The notes under the pieces: model-generated
Seen by the model: only the letters and a program-made list of their open reading frames with translations
Databases searched by the model: none
What the model was told of the DNA's origin: nothing
Part shown: piece after piece, positions 24,388 through 37,950 of the stretch
Position numbering within the stretch: position 1 is the first letter of the stretch
Layout: each line of letters opens with the position of its first letter
Origin: Trichinella spiralis
Taxonomy: Eukaryota
Reading direction: 5' to 3'
DNA: 64,000 nucleotides
Assembly: GCF_000181795.1 (NCBI RefSeq)
Contig: NW_003526943.1
Coordinates: forward strand, 2,303,666 to 2,367,665
Translations under genes and position numbers: made by a program

Positions 24388-27300
24388 ATGAGCCAGCCTT
24401 CGGGATCTGCTCCGCAGACGCCCAGTGGTAGTCAGACGAGGCGCAGGAAACGACGAGTTCAAATGGCCGACGATGACGACAATGAAGTTAGCCACCATTC
24501 AGATGCACGTCGTGATCAATCTGCTTTGGCTGAAGATATTCACGAAGAACTGTTCGGCGACGGCTTGAGCGTTGAGTTGGAAGATGAAGACGAAGGCGAA
24601 GACCTGTTCGGAGATGATATGGAACGGTATTTAAATTCATATTTTAAAAAACAGAATATTCAATTTTATCTTTAAAAATATTTTCAGCGATTACGAACGC
24701 ATTTCAGAATTGGATGTGTTTGATGAATCATTAATAGATGACAACAGCGATTATTCGGAATTGTCTGTTGAAGCAAGACGTGCAGCGGAAAGGGAAATGC
24801 GTATTCGTGATCAACTGGAAGGGATTGGAGATGAGAGCCAGAGGAGGTTGGCAATGCTTTATGGTAAGTTGAATTCATCAACACACAATTGTTCTCCAGA
24901 AGTCAAGTTTTTTTAAAAGTTAACGTGACATTAATTTTTTTTCTATATATATAATGTAATATTGTTAGCAAAACTTATTGTAAAATTGGTTTTGTGCGGT
25001 GCGATGACAAATTATATTATTATATTTGTAATGTAATTACTTGCACATCAGATGAATTGAGTGATGATGAAAAGTCGAGAGAGGCAGTGTCCCGTCGACG
25101 TCGACGTGCACAGGGTCGTCGTATTGAAGGCGAAATATTCGATGAAGAACCTTCAGTTGGGGTACGTCATTACATTGATCATTTTCTCTTTTCAGTGTTG
25201 TTTGTTAATTTGTTTATATTTTCAGATCAATGATTTCGATGTGGCAAATATGATACGCGAACGGCAAGAATGGAATGTGGAAAAAGTTCCATTGTTTCTC
25301 AAAGCTGTGGCCAATATTTTTAGACACTTTTTAAAGCATTTCAAAGATTCCAAAGGACGCTACATATATATGGATAAAATGCGAGAAATGTGTCAAAGTA
25401 TAAAAATTCTACGTGCTTTTGTTTGTGCAAGCAGAATGTTTATGGTCGAGTGAATTTTTCAGAAAACTTGCAGAGTCTTGTGATTGATTTCAAAGATTTA
25501 AATGCAGAAGTTGGCGGCTGTTTACCATATGCAGTGAGTCAACATCCAATGGAAGTGATAACCGTTTTGAATGAGGTACGCGCTACTTTTTATTCTTTTT
25601 TTAATGTTACCGAATTTTTATTCATGCCGGTAAATTAAACAGGTGGTGAGGGAACAAGTGTTGCGAATATATGCCAAGTACGATCAGATTGCCAGTGAAA
25701 CATACGTACGCATATCCAACATGCCGATAATGGGCAGCATCCGCACTTTGAGACAGGTTGATTTAAATCGAATGGTCAGGGTGGAAGGAGTGGTGACAAC
25801 AATGTCAGGCATCATTCCACAGCTACTGGTGGTGATGTATAATTGTTTGAAGTGCGGTGCTTCGATCGGACCTTTACTGCAATTGCCGAACAGAGAAATA
25901 AAGCCAGCTGTGTGTCCAGAATGTCAAAGTTCTGGTCCTTTTGATGTCAGCATGCAGGATGTATGCTTCTAGTTTATTACTTTTTTTAAATACTTTTCAA
26001 TTGAATTTATTTCAGACTATATATCAAAATTATCAGTCAATGCGAATACAGGAAAGTCCGAATAAAATTGCAGCTGGACGAATTCCACGTTCCAAGGATG
26101 TAATCTTGTTGGCCGATTTGTGCGACTCTTGCAAACCTGGCGATGAAATAGTGACCTGAACGGACAAAACAGCATAAACTTGTTTATCAATGTTGGCGTT
26201 GTTGATTTCAGGCATTGACTGGCATTTATACGCACACTTACGACGGCTCGTTGAACGAATCACAAGGCTTTCCTGTATTTTCTACTGTCATCATTGCAAA
26301 TTTTATTGAAAAACAAGAAGATAAAGTGGCTATCGGTGCGATGACTCAAGATGACGTGGATCTGGTGATGCAACTTTCCAAAGATCCGAATATTGTCGAT
26401 CGAGTTTGTTCAGTTTGATTAGTTGCAAAGCGATGACGAAGTACAGTTGTTGTTCTACTGTGTGTTGTAGATTTTTGTCAGCATTGCACCGTCGATATAT
26501 GGCCACGAGAATATAAAAAAGGCGCTAGCATTGGCTTTGGTCAGCGGCGAAATGAAAAATCCCGGTCAGAAGCACCGTGTACGTGGTGACATCAACGTGC
26601 TGATGTGTGGAGATCCCGGTACAGCCAAGTCTCAGTTCTTGCGCTACGTGGCTAAAACCGCTCCGAGGGCAATTCTGACTACTGGCCAAGGGGCGTCGGC
26701 TGTCGGCTTGACCGCTTACGTGAATCGCAATCCGGTCAGTCGAGAGTGGACTTTGGAAGCCGGTGCTTTAGTAATCGCAGACAAAGGCGTTTGTTTGATT
26801 GACGAGTTTGACAAGGTATATATATATATATATATAATGCAATATGTGTGCGGTTAGAACTGTCATTGCTTGAGAGGAATATTATTTTGACTCAGATGAA
26901 CGAACAAGATCGGACCAGCATACACGAAGCAATGGAACAACAATCAATATCCGTATCCAAAGCCGGTGTGGTTGCTTCACTGCAGGCACGTTGTTCTGTA
27001 ATTGCGGCTGCAAATCCAATTGCTGGACGCTACGACCAGTCGAGAACATTCGTCGAGAATGTCGATCTCAGTGAACCAATTTTATCTCGCTTTGATATCC
27101 TGTGCGTAGTTCGAGATACTGTCGACGTTTTGGATGTTAGTTTCGTCGTTATTGTCCACCTAGTTTCTGTGTAGTAATTTTTGCTTCTTGCAAACAGGAC
27201 GAGCGTTTGGCGAAGTTTGTCGTCGGTAGTCACATGCGACATCATCCGGACAACGACGTCAACAAAAATACTTCCCAAGATCCGCCAACGCAGATGTCCT

Positions 27301-28191
27301 CCGCTGATGAGAACGTGGTAATTGAAAAATGTTGAAGAATATATAAATATACCAAAGGTATTTTCGTATTATTTCTGGAAATAGACACAGTTTGACGAAA
27401 GCAGCGGTTTGGAGTTGATTCCACAAGAAATTCTACGCAAGTATATCATGTACGCTCGTGAGATGGTGCATCCGACGTTGAACAAAATGGATCAAGACAA
27501 AGTGGCTCGCATATATTCAGATTTGCGACGAGAATCATTGGTTAATGAGATTTTTTGCATTTTTATGCTGAAAATGAAAATGCTTTTGAAAAATGAAATT
27601 GCTTTTCAGGCAACCGGCAGTATACCGATCACTGTTCGTCACGTTGAGTCCATCATTCGATTGTCCGAAGCGCACGCCAAGCTACGATTGCGCAACTATG
27701 TCAGCGATGATGACGTTTCAGTGGCTATTCAAATTCTGCTCGAGGCATTCATTCAAACTCAAAAATTTTCCGTCATGAAACAAATGAGACGAGTATGCAT
27801 CATTTTAATTATTTACAACTTTGAAAAAGAAACCAACAAATACTGTGTGTTTAGAATTTCTTTCGGTATTTGTCGTTTAACCGTGATCGAGATGCACTTT
27901 TGTTGCATCTGCTGAAACAGTGTGTAAATGAACAGCTGCGATTGGCCTACCACAAGATGGGTGAGGAAGCGCTGAAAATGTCCAAAGTGACTGTTCATCA
28001 GCTAGATTTGCTGGAAAAGGTTTTATCCATTAAATCTAAATTATCATCACATTCTACTCGCTTCAGTAATTTCATTTCAGGCCAAATGTGTCAATATTGA
28101 TAACATTTCATCATTTTTGACTAGTCGACTTTTTGTTGACAGTGGCTTCCAGTACGATCAGCAGACGAAGACAATTTCACAACTTTTGTAA
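24388..28191 (+). CDS. MCM2: DNA replication licensing factor MCM2, multi-exon
   Basis: [18 protein letters not shown] histone-binding region; CLKC...CPECQS zinc finger; QESP...GRIPRSK; Walker [41 protein letters not shown]. Confidence 0.97.
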
Positions 28192-28674
28192 TAGGGAATA
28201 CATGATCATTTTATATTTTTGATATTCTTCGTAGAAATTTATTGAAAATGCAACTTTTTAAGAAAGTAATATTTTTTAATAATCTTTTGCTGCATTTACT
28301 TGACTAGTATTTAATGGTTTTTTAACAAAGAATAAAGCGTTTTAAATTTTCAGACTATAATCGCACTGCTATCGTAAAATCTTGTTAAATTAGAAGAAAA
28401 TGCTAAAATATGTAACTGAAGAATAAATCAACAGTTGTGTAATATCAAATTAACACAATAATTTTCATTTATTACTGGAAATGAATAATTAAGAGTACTT
28501 TTATTCACTTCACAACTGCCTGAGATATCACATCAGAATTACAGCAACGGGAAAAGAAAAAATAGCTCGTGAGCAAGTTCATCCATAACTGAAATAACAT
28601 TCACTTCATTTCGTTACTTAAATTTTTTCAACATTAGCCCAATCACAAATGCTGTTGAAGAACAAACGAAACAT

Positions 28675-28962
28675 TCACCATAGTAACTTATGATTGAAGG
28701 GTTCGAGCTGTTTGTGCCTGGGATGTTTCTTGCATTCTACGTGTAGACGGCCACGGATACGGATGAAGTAACAATGTGGACAACGTAGACGAAGAACAGT
28801 TTTCACTTTATAACCGCGGGTTAAAACTGGATGCAGTGACGGTGGAGTGCAAAGTGAAATTTTCCTTGAGCATGTATCAGCATTTTGAAGAAAAACTGAT
28901 CTTATTCCAATATTTTTACAGATTTTGTTTAAAATCACAAACGAAATTCTTGACAAAAACAT
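28675..28962 (-). CDS. MRPL36: Mitochondrial ribosomal protein L36
   Basis: [35 protein letters not shown] (bL36 zinc ribbon) after a presequence-like N-terminus. Confidence 0.92.
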   Translation of the reverse strand: MFLSRISFVILNKICKNIGIRSVFLQNADTCSRKISLCTPPSLHPVLTRGYKVKTVLRLRCPHCYFIRIRGRLHVECKKHPRHKQLEPFNHKLLW

Positions 28963-30048
28963 CAAAATTCAATTTCCATATAAATTATATATATATTTTT
29001 TTTTATTTCCAAATCTTGTTTTCAGAGTTATAAGTAAGGTTATTGTCATTAAAAATCTTCAAGATCAATTTTTAATACCGTAATATCAAGCATTACCCTT
29101 AGTGATGTCATAAATGACATATTATGATCATATATTTACTCTTTTAATATTTTTAAATGTTAATATTATTGAAAATGTCATCTCCTTTAATTCTATTATT
29201 ATTATTGTTGTTATTATTAGACAAATATGTTTTGAAAAAAAGTTTACATTTTAAAGTAGACATCATACGTCAGCACTCATTTCTACAATTTAAACAAAAC
29301 AATTTTTAATTTTAAATTAAAGTAATTCTAAAATTTTAAAATTTAAATTACATTTATTTGTTACAGTAAAAGCTATTTTTCTCATAGCTGCATTACATGC
29401 ATATCATATTACGGCCGAAGACTACAGGGTAATGTAAAAACTAAAAGTATGAATTCTTCATTTTTAAATATAAAGCTTTGAAATTAAGGCATATATAAAT
29501 TATAAATATAATAAACGTGGCTATTATTAAAACAATTGTACCAAGATTTTATTCAAATGTTATCGGTTTTTTAGAATAGCAGTATATATTTAGCAAATTT
29601 AATCGAATAAATTTGTAAATCTTCTGAAATAAAATTTTATGTTTTAATTTATATTTATTTTATTATATTATTTTTTATGAAATAACAGTGACTCATAACT
29701 GACTTTATTATTGTTGTAAGTTGAACTACTTTATTGTTGTACCTATTTATCGATACGGTATTCTTGATATTACGGTTGTCGACATAAAGTGTGAAGGTGA
29801 TGTTGAATGATGTGTAGACAGCTGCTCAGCTTAAGAAAGAATGCTTTGTTCGTTGTATTATCAATAGCTTGTTCGTTTCACTGTTTCACTTCTGATTTTG
29901 ACTTAACAAAGTATGTGTTTCGTGTAGTTGTATTATGAAGTATGGTTTTTGTTTGTTTTGCAGATTTATAGAATAGATGTCTTTATATTAAAGTTTTATT
30001 CTTATTGAAAATAAACCATCATTTTTAGATTATTTATTGTGAAAACAT

Positions 30049-30087
<39 letters not shown>

Positions 30088-30224
30088 GTATTCATAATCA
30101 GTTTCAGGCTGCCTGTTTTCTGTATAATTCAGTTGTTATACGTTTTCGTCTATTTCATGGTTTTTTAATGTAATTGTGTAGTATTTAAGGTTTTCAGACG
30201 ACACGTGATTTTAAGTGTTTTAAA

Positions 30225-31912
30225 ATGGCTGACGAATTGGAGAATTTTTTTAAGTCGAAAAAGAAATTAGCGGCAAAGAAACGAAACGTACAAAATCCTG
30301 ATATGTTGTGTCGTCGTTTGGAACAAGCTGTTCAGGTTCAAGAAATGTACGACTATGCCGACGGCGAAGAATGGCCCGTGCATTCATATGAACAGCCAGA
30401 GCCTCAAGAGAAACCAAAAGAAGAGGTTAGCCTAGTATTTATTTCATTATTTTTGCTTTTTACTATCTTGATCACCTGTTACCTTGCTAATAACTCGTTC
30501 GATTTCATTCGTTTTCATTCAAAAAGTAATATAACAACTTAGGTATTGTTTTAAAGCAACATGCAACGTCACAGAGAAGGTGTATCGTTAAAGATGTTTT
30601 ATTTACTACATTTAGATATGTGAAGTCTAGTATGCGTATTGAACAAACATTTACATGATGCAATGGTTATTTTTATTTCTGCAATTAAATTACCCGCGTT
30701 TGCGATTTTAAATTCATACTTTAAGAAACAAATATTTTAACAACTGTATTTTACATTTGTTAATCACATTTTTTTGATGCATTTCTAAATGGTAAATGTA
30801 CTATGCAGACTACTATTGTAACATGTTTGTTCGCTTGGAAACTGAATTTTCATTTTGCTGCCTTATTACGATTTGTTATGTTATATCACGTTTTTCAGCA
30901 AAGCAAATATATTTTGTGTTCACTTTAAGAAATATTTGTTTTTTAACGTCAAGTGGCAATATATTTTAAACGTTTAATTTTTACTGTTAATTGTTAAACT
31001 GAATGCTGAAACTTCAGTTTGGAGATTAATATTCACATCATGTAAATTTAAATAATTAAGTTGATTGAGATTGAACGTTACTTGAAATTTTTATGATATA
31101 ATTGTGTCATTTGTAAATGGAATCTTTTGTAGGGCGATTCTGAATGGTTGGAAGTTGATGATAGTCAGAATTTTGCCCCCACTGTTGAGGATCTGAAAAT
31201 GAATGATGATATTGATGAAGATGAAGAAGAAACAGAGCAGCCTCCTCCAAAGCAAAGAACCTGGAATGTAAATCCAGAGATAAATGGTATTTTATATAAA
31301 TGAATTATTTATCGCGAACATATTTTTAAAATTTGAATTGTTGAAGGAGCTGCTGAAGTTGAGAAGCCAGTGGAATCAAATTTGGAAAATAAGACAAATG
31401 AAAATGTCTACGTGCCTCCATGTATGCGAAATCGTTTGAATGCTCCAGCCAAAAGAGATGCCAATTTTCGTACGGAAGAATTTCCCACGTTAGCTGATGC
31501 AGAAGTGATTTTGAAATCTGACGCTGAATTGAACAAACAGAAACAGTAATTTTAATGTTGTTTATTATTTTGGCGAGATTGAAAAATTAATTACTGTTTT
31601 CTTAAATTTAGGGTTGATCCGCCAAATCCTTGGATGAAATCAAAGCCACCGAAACAAGAAGAGCAAGAGCCGCTTTATGTGCCAGTGTTTGCAAGGCGTG
31701 GTAATAACATTGGTCGTGGTGGCAATAACATTGGTCGCGACAATGGCATTGGTCCCGGCAGCAGCAATGCCTCCGGCATCAGTAATGGTCCCGGCACTAG
31801 TAATGGTCCCGGAAATAGCAGCGGTTCCAGCAAGGAGCAGAGAAAGGACAAAGATAACAGTGAAACTGAATCAGATGTATACGTGCCACCATATCTGCGC
31901 AACCGTAATTGA
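30225..31912 (+). CDS. Disordered CDV3-like protein; exons at about 30225-30425, 31133-31286, 31347-31544, 31612-31912
   Basis: LENFFKSKKK N-terminus, DSEWLE acidic segment, YVPP..R and EEFPTL motifs resemble CDV3 motifs; exons join in frame. Family assignment is tentative. Confidence 0.55.
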
Positions 31913-32775
31913 TTACTATCTTTTCAGTTTATTTTTATTTTGAGGGGGAAGGGTTTGCTATTAGGTTCATGGTATATGCGGAAATGACTCGATTCAATCA
32001 ACCATTTTTGAATTTGGTAAACCATCATTGTGCTTGCATCTGATATAATTAAAATTTGAATTATGAATGCGTTGTCGACTGTCTTGCAATAAATATATAT
32101 AGTTTAAGCACTTTTTAAAGGAAACGGAACATTCACTTCAGCAATACACGTATTGGTTTTTGAAATATCTTTTTGTTTCTTATCATTTAGTTCAAAAATA
32201 ACGTATGAATAAAGTTGCTTTATAAAACAGCAGTGAAATTGTTCTGAAACACAAATCAGTGAAATTATGTTTAGTCAATATTTTATTTTACTAATGACAA
32301 ACAGACTGGCAATGGTAAGATAAATATTGAAAAAATAAAGAAGGAAAATAATATTATTAAATATTTTTAATATTATTAATTAAAATATTATTAAATTAAA
32401 TGTTTTAAAAAATGTATAATACTTAAAAAAATATTCATGATTGAACTTATTAAAACTTTCGCTTCATGTTACCGTATACTTTTAACGGTAATGGAAAACT
32501 CGTAGCTATTTTTTTATGGAGTTGTTAACTGCAAATTGTAGCACGGCAAACAGCGGTACATTTATAACAAACTGCTTCAACCGGATTTAAATGTGATTTA
32601 AAATTATATTTTCCATTATTCATTAAATAAATTTCGTACAAAGCAAACGTAGTACATATAACTACTGCTAAGTGAATTATAAATATGTAATTAAATAAAA
32701 ATATTTGTTTTCAATTTTAAACTTCATCTCAAAACGACAATATAAGAGCAAAAACTTTCATTTTAATTTAATTAT

Positions 32776-33420
32776 TTAATTTGGCTCGTTAAGACTGCTT
32801 GTATTTTGAAGTGGTGCTTTTATATGAGTTGGCAACCTGGAAAGCTGTTTCTTGATTACTTCCATTCCAACCCCTTCTGGTAAATTGCGCTGTATGTATT
32901 CCAAATAAGTGTCGGCTGTGGAACCAGTCAAATGGATAATACGAAATGATCGTCGATAAGTTCGAGTTTCGTACTGTACTCTAGTGTTTTTGTGCACGTG
33001 GGCGGAACGTACTAAAGTGCGCCTCCAAAGTACGTACGGAGGTTTCAGTTCCCCAGCTTCTTCTACACTAATCTGCAGGTGACGGGCAGCAGTCAAAGCA
33101 AAAGTTTCATAACTAGCCAAAACAGCGCGGTCATGGCCCATTGTACGAATTTCAATACTTTTGTAAAGAATATCTTTCTCAGGCGGTTTGGTGACAGGTT
33201 CTTCATCCACCAAGTCAATCAGGTAAGGATAATGTGCTGCAGGAGTTTCATACTTTGGTATTACATCCATTCTACGATGAAGAACTTCTTCTCTGGTCAT
33301 GCGAACATTTCTCACTTGATCGTTCGAAAGCAGTGCTGGTCCACAATATCGGCTTTGCAAAACCGAGCATTTGTCTAGCAGGGAAAAGCGAAAAACGCGT
33401 TGCACTTGTCGCCTCAGCAT
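32776..33420 (-). CDS. MRPS10: Mitochondrial ribosomal protein S10, single exon
   Basis: IEIRTMGHDRAVLASYETF, RSAHVHKNTRVQYETRTY, LTGSTADTYLEYIQRNLPEGVGMEV. Confidence 0.93.
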   Translation of the reverse strand: MLRRQVQRVFRFSLLDKCSVLQSRYCGPALLSNDQVRNVRMTREEVLHRRMDVIPKYETPAAHYPYLIDLVDEEPVTKPPEKDILYKSIEIRTMGHDRAVLASYETFALTAARHLQISVEEAGELKPPYVLWRRTLVRSAHVHKNTRVQYETRTYRRSFRIIHLTGSTADTYLEYIQRNLPEGVGMEVIKKQLSRLPTHIKAPLQNTSSLNEPN

Positions 33421-34498
33421 AGCACTGCTGAAATGTAACTTGTAACTTTGACATTTGAAAATATTACAAAAATGCGAAATAATTTACCATTACGAACATA
33501 TAAATCATATTAGCAAATACATTCACATTAAAATTGGTTAACAAAAATGCATAAACTGTTCAGATTTCTAAAATATAGATTTGTTGATAATTATATATAA
33601 CATTTTTCATGGATCTTATCTTAAACCTTTTTCATAACCATTACCTCCTTTAATTAAAATAATCTGTTACGGAGCGTCTAAAAAAGGTGCACAATGATTT
33701 ATATAAAAAATAAGATTATTTTAATTAAAACGTATTTGAACAGTAAAAAATGATTTTCAAGGATAAATTAATTCCATTCATACATTAAGATACTAACTAT
33801 ACTTTGTTTGAAAATTATTTTTGTTTTGAAATTTTGAAGTTTAAAAAAATTTTTGACTTTTGAAATTAATATTTTTTATAACTAAGATTTGCTATAATTT
33901 TTAATGTTAGTAATGCACTAATTATTGAAATTGCTGACTCAGTATAATTGCTAATGTAAATGTTTTTTTCGAAGATTTGCAAAAATGTCACTAATTAAAA
34001 AAACAAATGTTGTGAACTTTAAATGGAATAATAAACAGAATACTTATTTCTTTTATTTTATATTCCATCAGTATAATGTTCTTTAGTTGATACACATCAG
34101 AAAAATAACAAGGCAATAATTTACAATAATGATATCATCACAACTATGCGCTAGCATTTTATAATAAAAAAAACAATAGCAGCTGAACATATGTAGATGA
34201 TGATATATGATATAACTGATAAGATATATGAAATAATGCCAATTCACAATATATAAGCAAGAGTATGTGAAATAAAAATAAAAGAAAAATGATATGCATT
34301 ACGATGTGACATGATTAAAAATATATTCAAAGAAGCACTCAGGAGCATATTACAGTAGCACCGGGAGTTAATGTTAAGTAAATGGGCATAGTGTGTGTTT
34401 GCGTTATGTATCTTATTACTGTGTTGTCATTACAAATAAAGTCTCTGCAAGCATTAATCAGTACTCATACACAAGTACAAGGATGGGATACAGGAAAG

Positions 34499-35083
34499 CA
34501 GTGGTTCCCAAAGTGGGGTCCATGGATCACTGGGGGTCAATGAAGGCATTGCTGGGGTCCATGGAGACATTTTCAGATGTCTGCTTCTTCATTTTCTTTA
34601 ATTTGTAATGTATTGCGATGTCATGCTATCAAAAATATATACAAAAAGAGCGCGCAGGAACATATTACAGTAAATGCAGTAGTTTTCACGTCACCAGTGT
34701 GCGTGCGTAGGTTTGTTCCGGCGTTCTCTCAGTGTGCATTTGCCTCTCTGTGTGTGCGTTGTTTGTGTGTGTAATCTCGTGTGCATTATACATTAGCTTG
34801 GTATTGTGTTGTCATTACAAGTAAAGTCTTTGCATATATTAATCAGTTCACATTCACAACAAATTTCAATTGGCATTACTAAGAACTGTCTGACATAACG
34901 CGCCACGTCGATGCTTCATTTACACATTCAGTTCATTCTATCCAATACAACAACTATTTTGGTTCCAAGTCCCCTTACCGTGCTTCCTCCTTTTCCCTAC
35001 GCATCAAATGAACTGTAAGGGGTCCACGGCAACATGAGGGTTACTGAGGCGGTCCATGGCCGGTTCAACTTAGGGAACCACTG
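34499..35083. mobile_element. hAT (Charlie-like) non-autonomous element/MITE
   Basis: TIRs CAGTGGTTCCC(A/T)AAGT at both ends; 8-bp flanks CAGGAAAG and CATTAAAG (6/8 identical, decayed TSD); subterminal GGGGTCCAYGG repeats. Confidence 0.85.
34604..34861 (+). mobile_element. Solo LTR related to the flanking LTRs, inserted in the MITE
   Basis: TG...CA ends; AATT on both sides; shares CAGGAACATATTACAGTA and GTTGTCATTACAA.TAAAGTCT with 34290-34474 and 37966-38167. Confidence 0.8.
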
Positions 35084-35292
35084 CATTAAAGGTACGTTGT
35101 GATCAGGGACGTTGAGACGTCTAATTTATAGGGGGAGGGGCGGTTACAGTCTCCAGAAGATTTACCATGTACATGCATTATTATGTATGACAGTCTAATT
35201 AGGAACAAAATAGTGCCATCTTTTATTGAAACAAACTGGAATCTTAATCACGTGATATCAAGAACATGCAAATTAATAATTTCAATTGCATT

Positions 35293-35496
35293 TCAAACGA
35301 ATGACACGTTTTGATTCCGTTTGAAACTGAACTTGTCTGTTATGCGGTCAATATTAATGGAAATATCAGAATGATGGTACATTAGCGCAAGTTCATTCAG
35401 TTGTTCTTCTGCAATGGCAGTCTGGAAATTGTTTTTTAGATATTTCAGTGCAGGAAAGCTTTGTTATGCGCTGGCTGAGGCGATTTGGAGAGTGGC
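35293..35496 (-). pseudogene. hAT transposase C-terminal dimerisation domain remnant
   Basis: ATLQIASASA*QSFPALKYLKNNFQTAIAEEQLNELALMYHHSDISINIDRITDKF, compared with consensus TLP.T.ASAERSFS.LK..K..LR..M...RLN.LAL. Confidence 0.8.
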
Positions 35497-36039
35497 TTAA
35501 ATCTGTAGGAGTAAGGGCACGTTCGGGTAATAATCTTTTGGGCACAACGCTAGAGAATAAGATGTAAAACCATTCATTGGTCAAAATATAAAACCCTTTC
35601 TAATAGAACTGTTTAATTTTGTGCATAAGATAAATGTAACCACTGTTTCATGTGTCTGTAATGGAACGCTCGCAACTCATAGCTAAGATGGTACGGCGAT
35701 TGACCACTGCTTTTTGCGGGAATCACCCATGGAACAACAGGAATAAAAAAACAACAGTTTCTGTAACCTTTGTCACTGTATTGAAGAAAGGCAATCGACG
35801 GCAGCAAACCGCACGAGTTCAGACGAAGCCTTTTTTGTATCTTCAACTACTGAGACCAAATGGAAAAATTAAATTGGAAACCAAACGCTGTATGATTGCG
35901 AACGCATTCGTTTCAATGTTGCTATTTGGACATATTGTTGTAAGTAACCGGTGTATTTTTCTGTGAGAATGAATACGCGTACATGACTGCTTCGTTTGGA
36001 TGATATCTATATCTTGTGGTGTCATTGACCGTGGAAATT

Positions 36040-37950
36040 TGGCTACTGTTAGGTTGCTAGTGAACGAAGGATTATCTGTTATTTCTGATTAGCATTTCTG
36101 TGATACGTTGTCATTGAAGGAGGCTTTTTGCATTAGTGAGAGTTGCATAAAATTTCGACCTCTCATCTCACCGGCTAATCCTAGTGATAAGTCTTTTGAA
36201 GATATTCTGTTCGTTATAGGGGAATATTTCTCTCCGCAATTATCTGAAGTTATGAAACGCAATACTTTTTATAAACGAAGTTAGAAAGTCAGCGACTCAA
36301 TTTCTGATTTTATTGCCGATCTTCGTCGGTTGGCCCAAGGTTGCAATTTTTCAGAATTAGAGATTATGTTACGTGATCGACCGGTTATTGACTTGTGAGA
36401 TGAAGAACTACAGTTCCGCCTCTTTTCGCGGAAAAAGCTGAGCTTCGAATCAGCCCTGGAAGAAGCCTTATTAGCAGAAGCCGCTGCTCAGCATACCCGA
36501 GATGTTCATGCTTCAGACAAACACATAAGCTAATGTGCATCAAATCAGACAAGTACTGCAAAACAAGCCATGATATGCCAGAGCTGTGGAGGCACACACA
36601 ATCGATCTCAGTGTCGTTTCAGAAACGCTCACTACAAAGCATGTCAGAAACGAGGGCATATAGTGAAAAATTTTCTGAAATAATACGAATCGACCAGGGA
36701 AAACAACCCTGAAGCACACAACAAATTCATTAGCATCCGTTGACAATCTGGCCTCAAGGCTTCCAGATCCACTGCTACTCACCAATCTCAGACCATTGTT
36801 TGAAACATCATGAATCATGTGTATTGATAGAAAAGATTAGAGTAATAGTTGTTATTGAACAGCTTCCGTGACAAATGGAAATCGACATTGGTTCAGAATT
36901 CACTATTGTTATGCATACATTTTCCAAGGACTCAAGATTCTCAAGCTACGTTTGGTGGCCAAAATTAGACGGCGAAATTGAAATTTTGGTAAGAACATGC
37001 GAACAGTGCCAACAATCGCCTCCGCACGCGCCTGTATACAAGTTAAAAATTTCCAGAATTCTGTGGTCTTGCATAGGCTCTGCATTGATATTGCAGGCCG
37101 CATTTGCGGCAAGAATTTCTTAATCATCGTGGACACCTTTTTCACATGGCTTGAAGTGTGTGTTATTAAAAACACGACATTCGAAGCAGAGATATCATCC
37201 TTGCGACAAATTTTTAGCATCCATGGACTACCTGATAGCATCGTCTCACATAATGGTGCACAGTTCACTTCACAAGTATTTTAGGAATATTTAAATAAAG
37301 GCGGTACGAAGCACATCATTTTGGCCCCCTTTTATCCCGCCTCTAACGGTCAGCTGAGAGAATGGCTCGTACTACAAAAGAAGCACTTAGGGCAATGAAA
37401 CAATGTGATTGGGAATATAATCTTGCTAATTTCTTATTCTGTAAACGTGTCACCCCTTGTACGACAACTGGGAAGAGCCCAGCTGAGCTTCTTATGAACC
37501 GTAGACTCTGAACTGTTCTGGACAGAGCACACTCAGACTTAATTCAGGAAGGCGCTGACAGAAATTTTGAGAAGGTACGCGCGTTCCAAACTGATGATCA
37601 GGTATAGACTAAGAATTATTCTTCAGGGAGTCCTTGGAAACCAGCGTCCGCTGTGAGTCCGACAGGTCCAAAGACGGTCAACTGTGGAGAAGACCCATAG
37701 ACTAGTTAAGAAAACGCTACATCACCACTAACGAATATAACAGTGAGCAAACAATCGATTCACAAAAGGAAACAACCAGAGAAAAAACAGGGACAGCTGA
37801 AGTTATACCCGAAGGAAATGCAGCAGTTGTCACAACACCTCGAGAAGAAAGTGAGGCAGGGACACAATCTGTAGATACTACACGTGTTGGACAACGTCGA
37901 CCGTCTATGTGAGAACAAAGACCGCCACCGTGGCTCAAAGACTACGGACG
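36040..37950 (+). pseudogene. Degenerate gag-pol (gag, zinc knuckles, protease start, integrase; RT/RNase H not seen)
   Basis: PSDKSFEDIL..., ISDFIADLRRLAQGCNF...MLRDR; CQSCGGTHNRSQC; MEIDIGS; YVWWPKLDGEIEILVRTCEQC; FSIHGLPDSIVSHNGAQFTS; PFYPASNGQ; many stops. Confidence 0.9.

Noticed and set aside
32345..32402. AT-only quasi-palindromes and (ATT)n runs (also about 30051-30087)
   Set aside because: Expected in very AT-rich intergenic DNA
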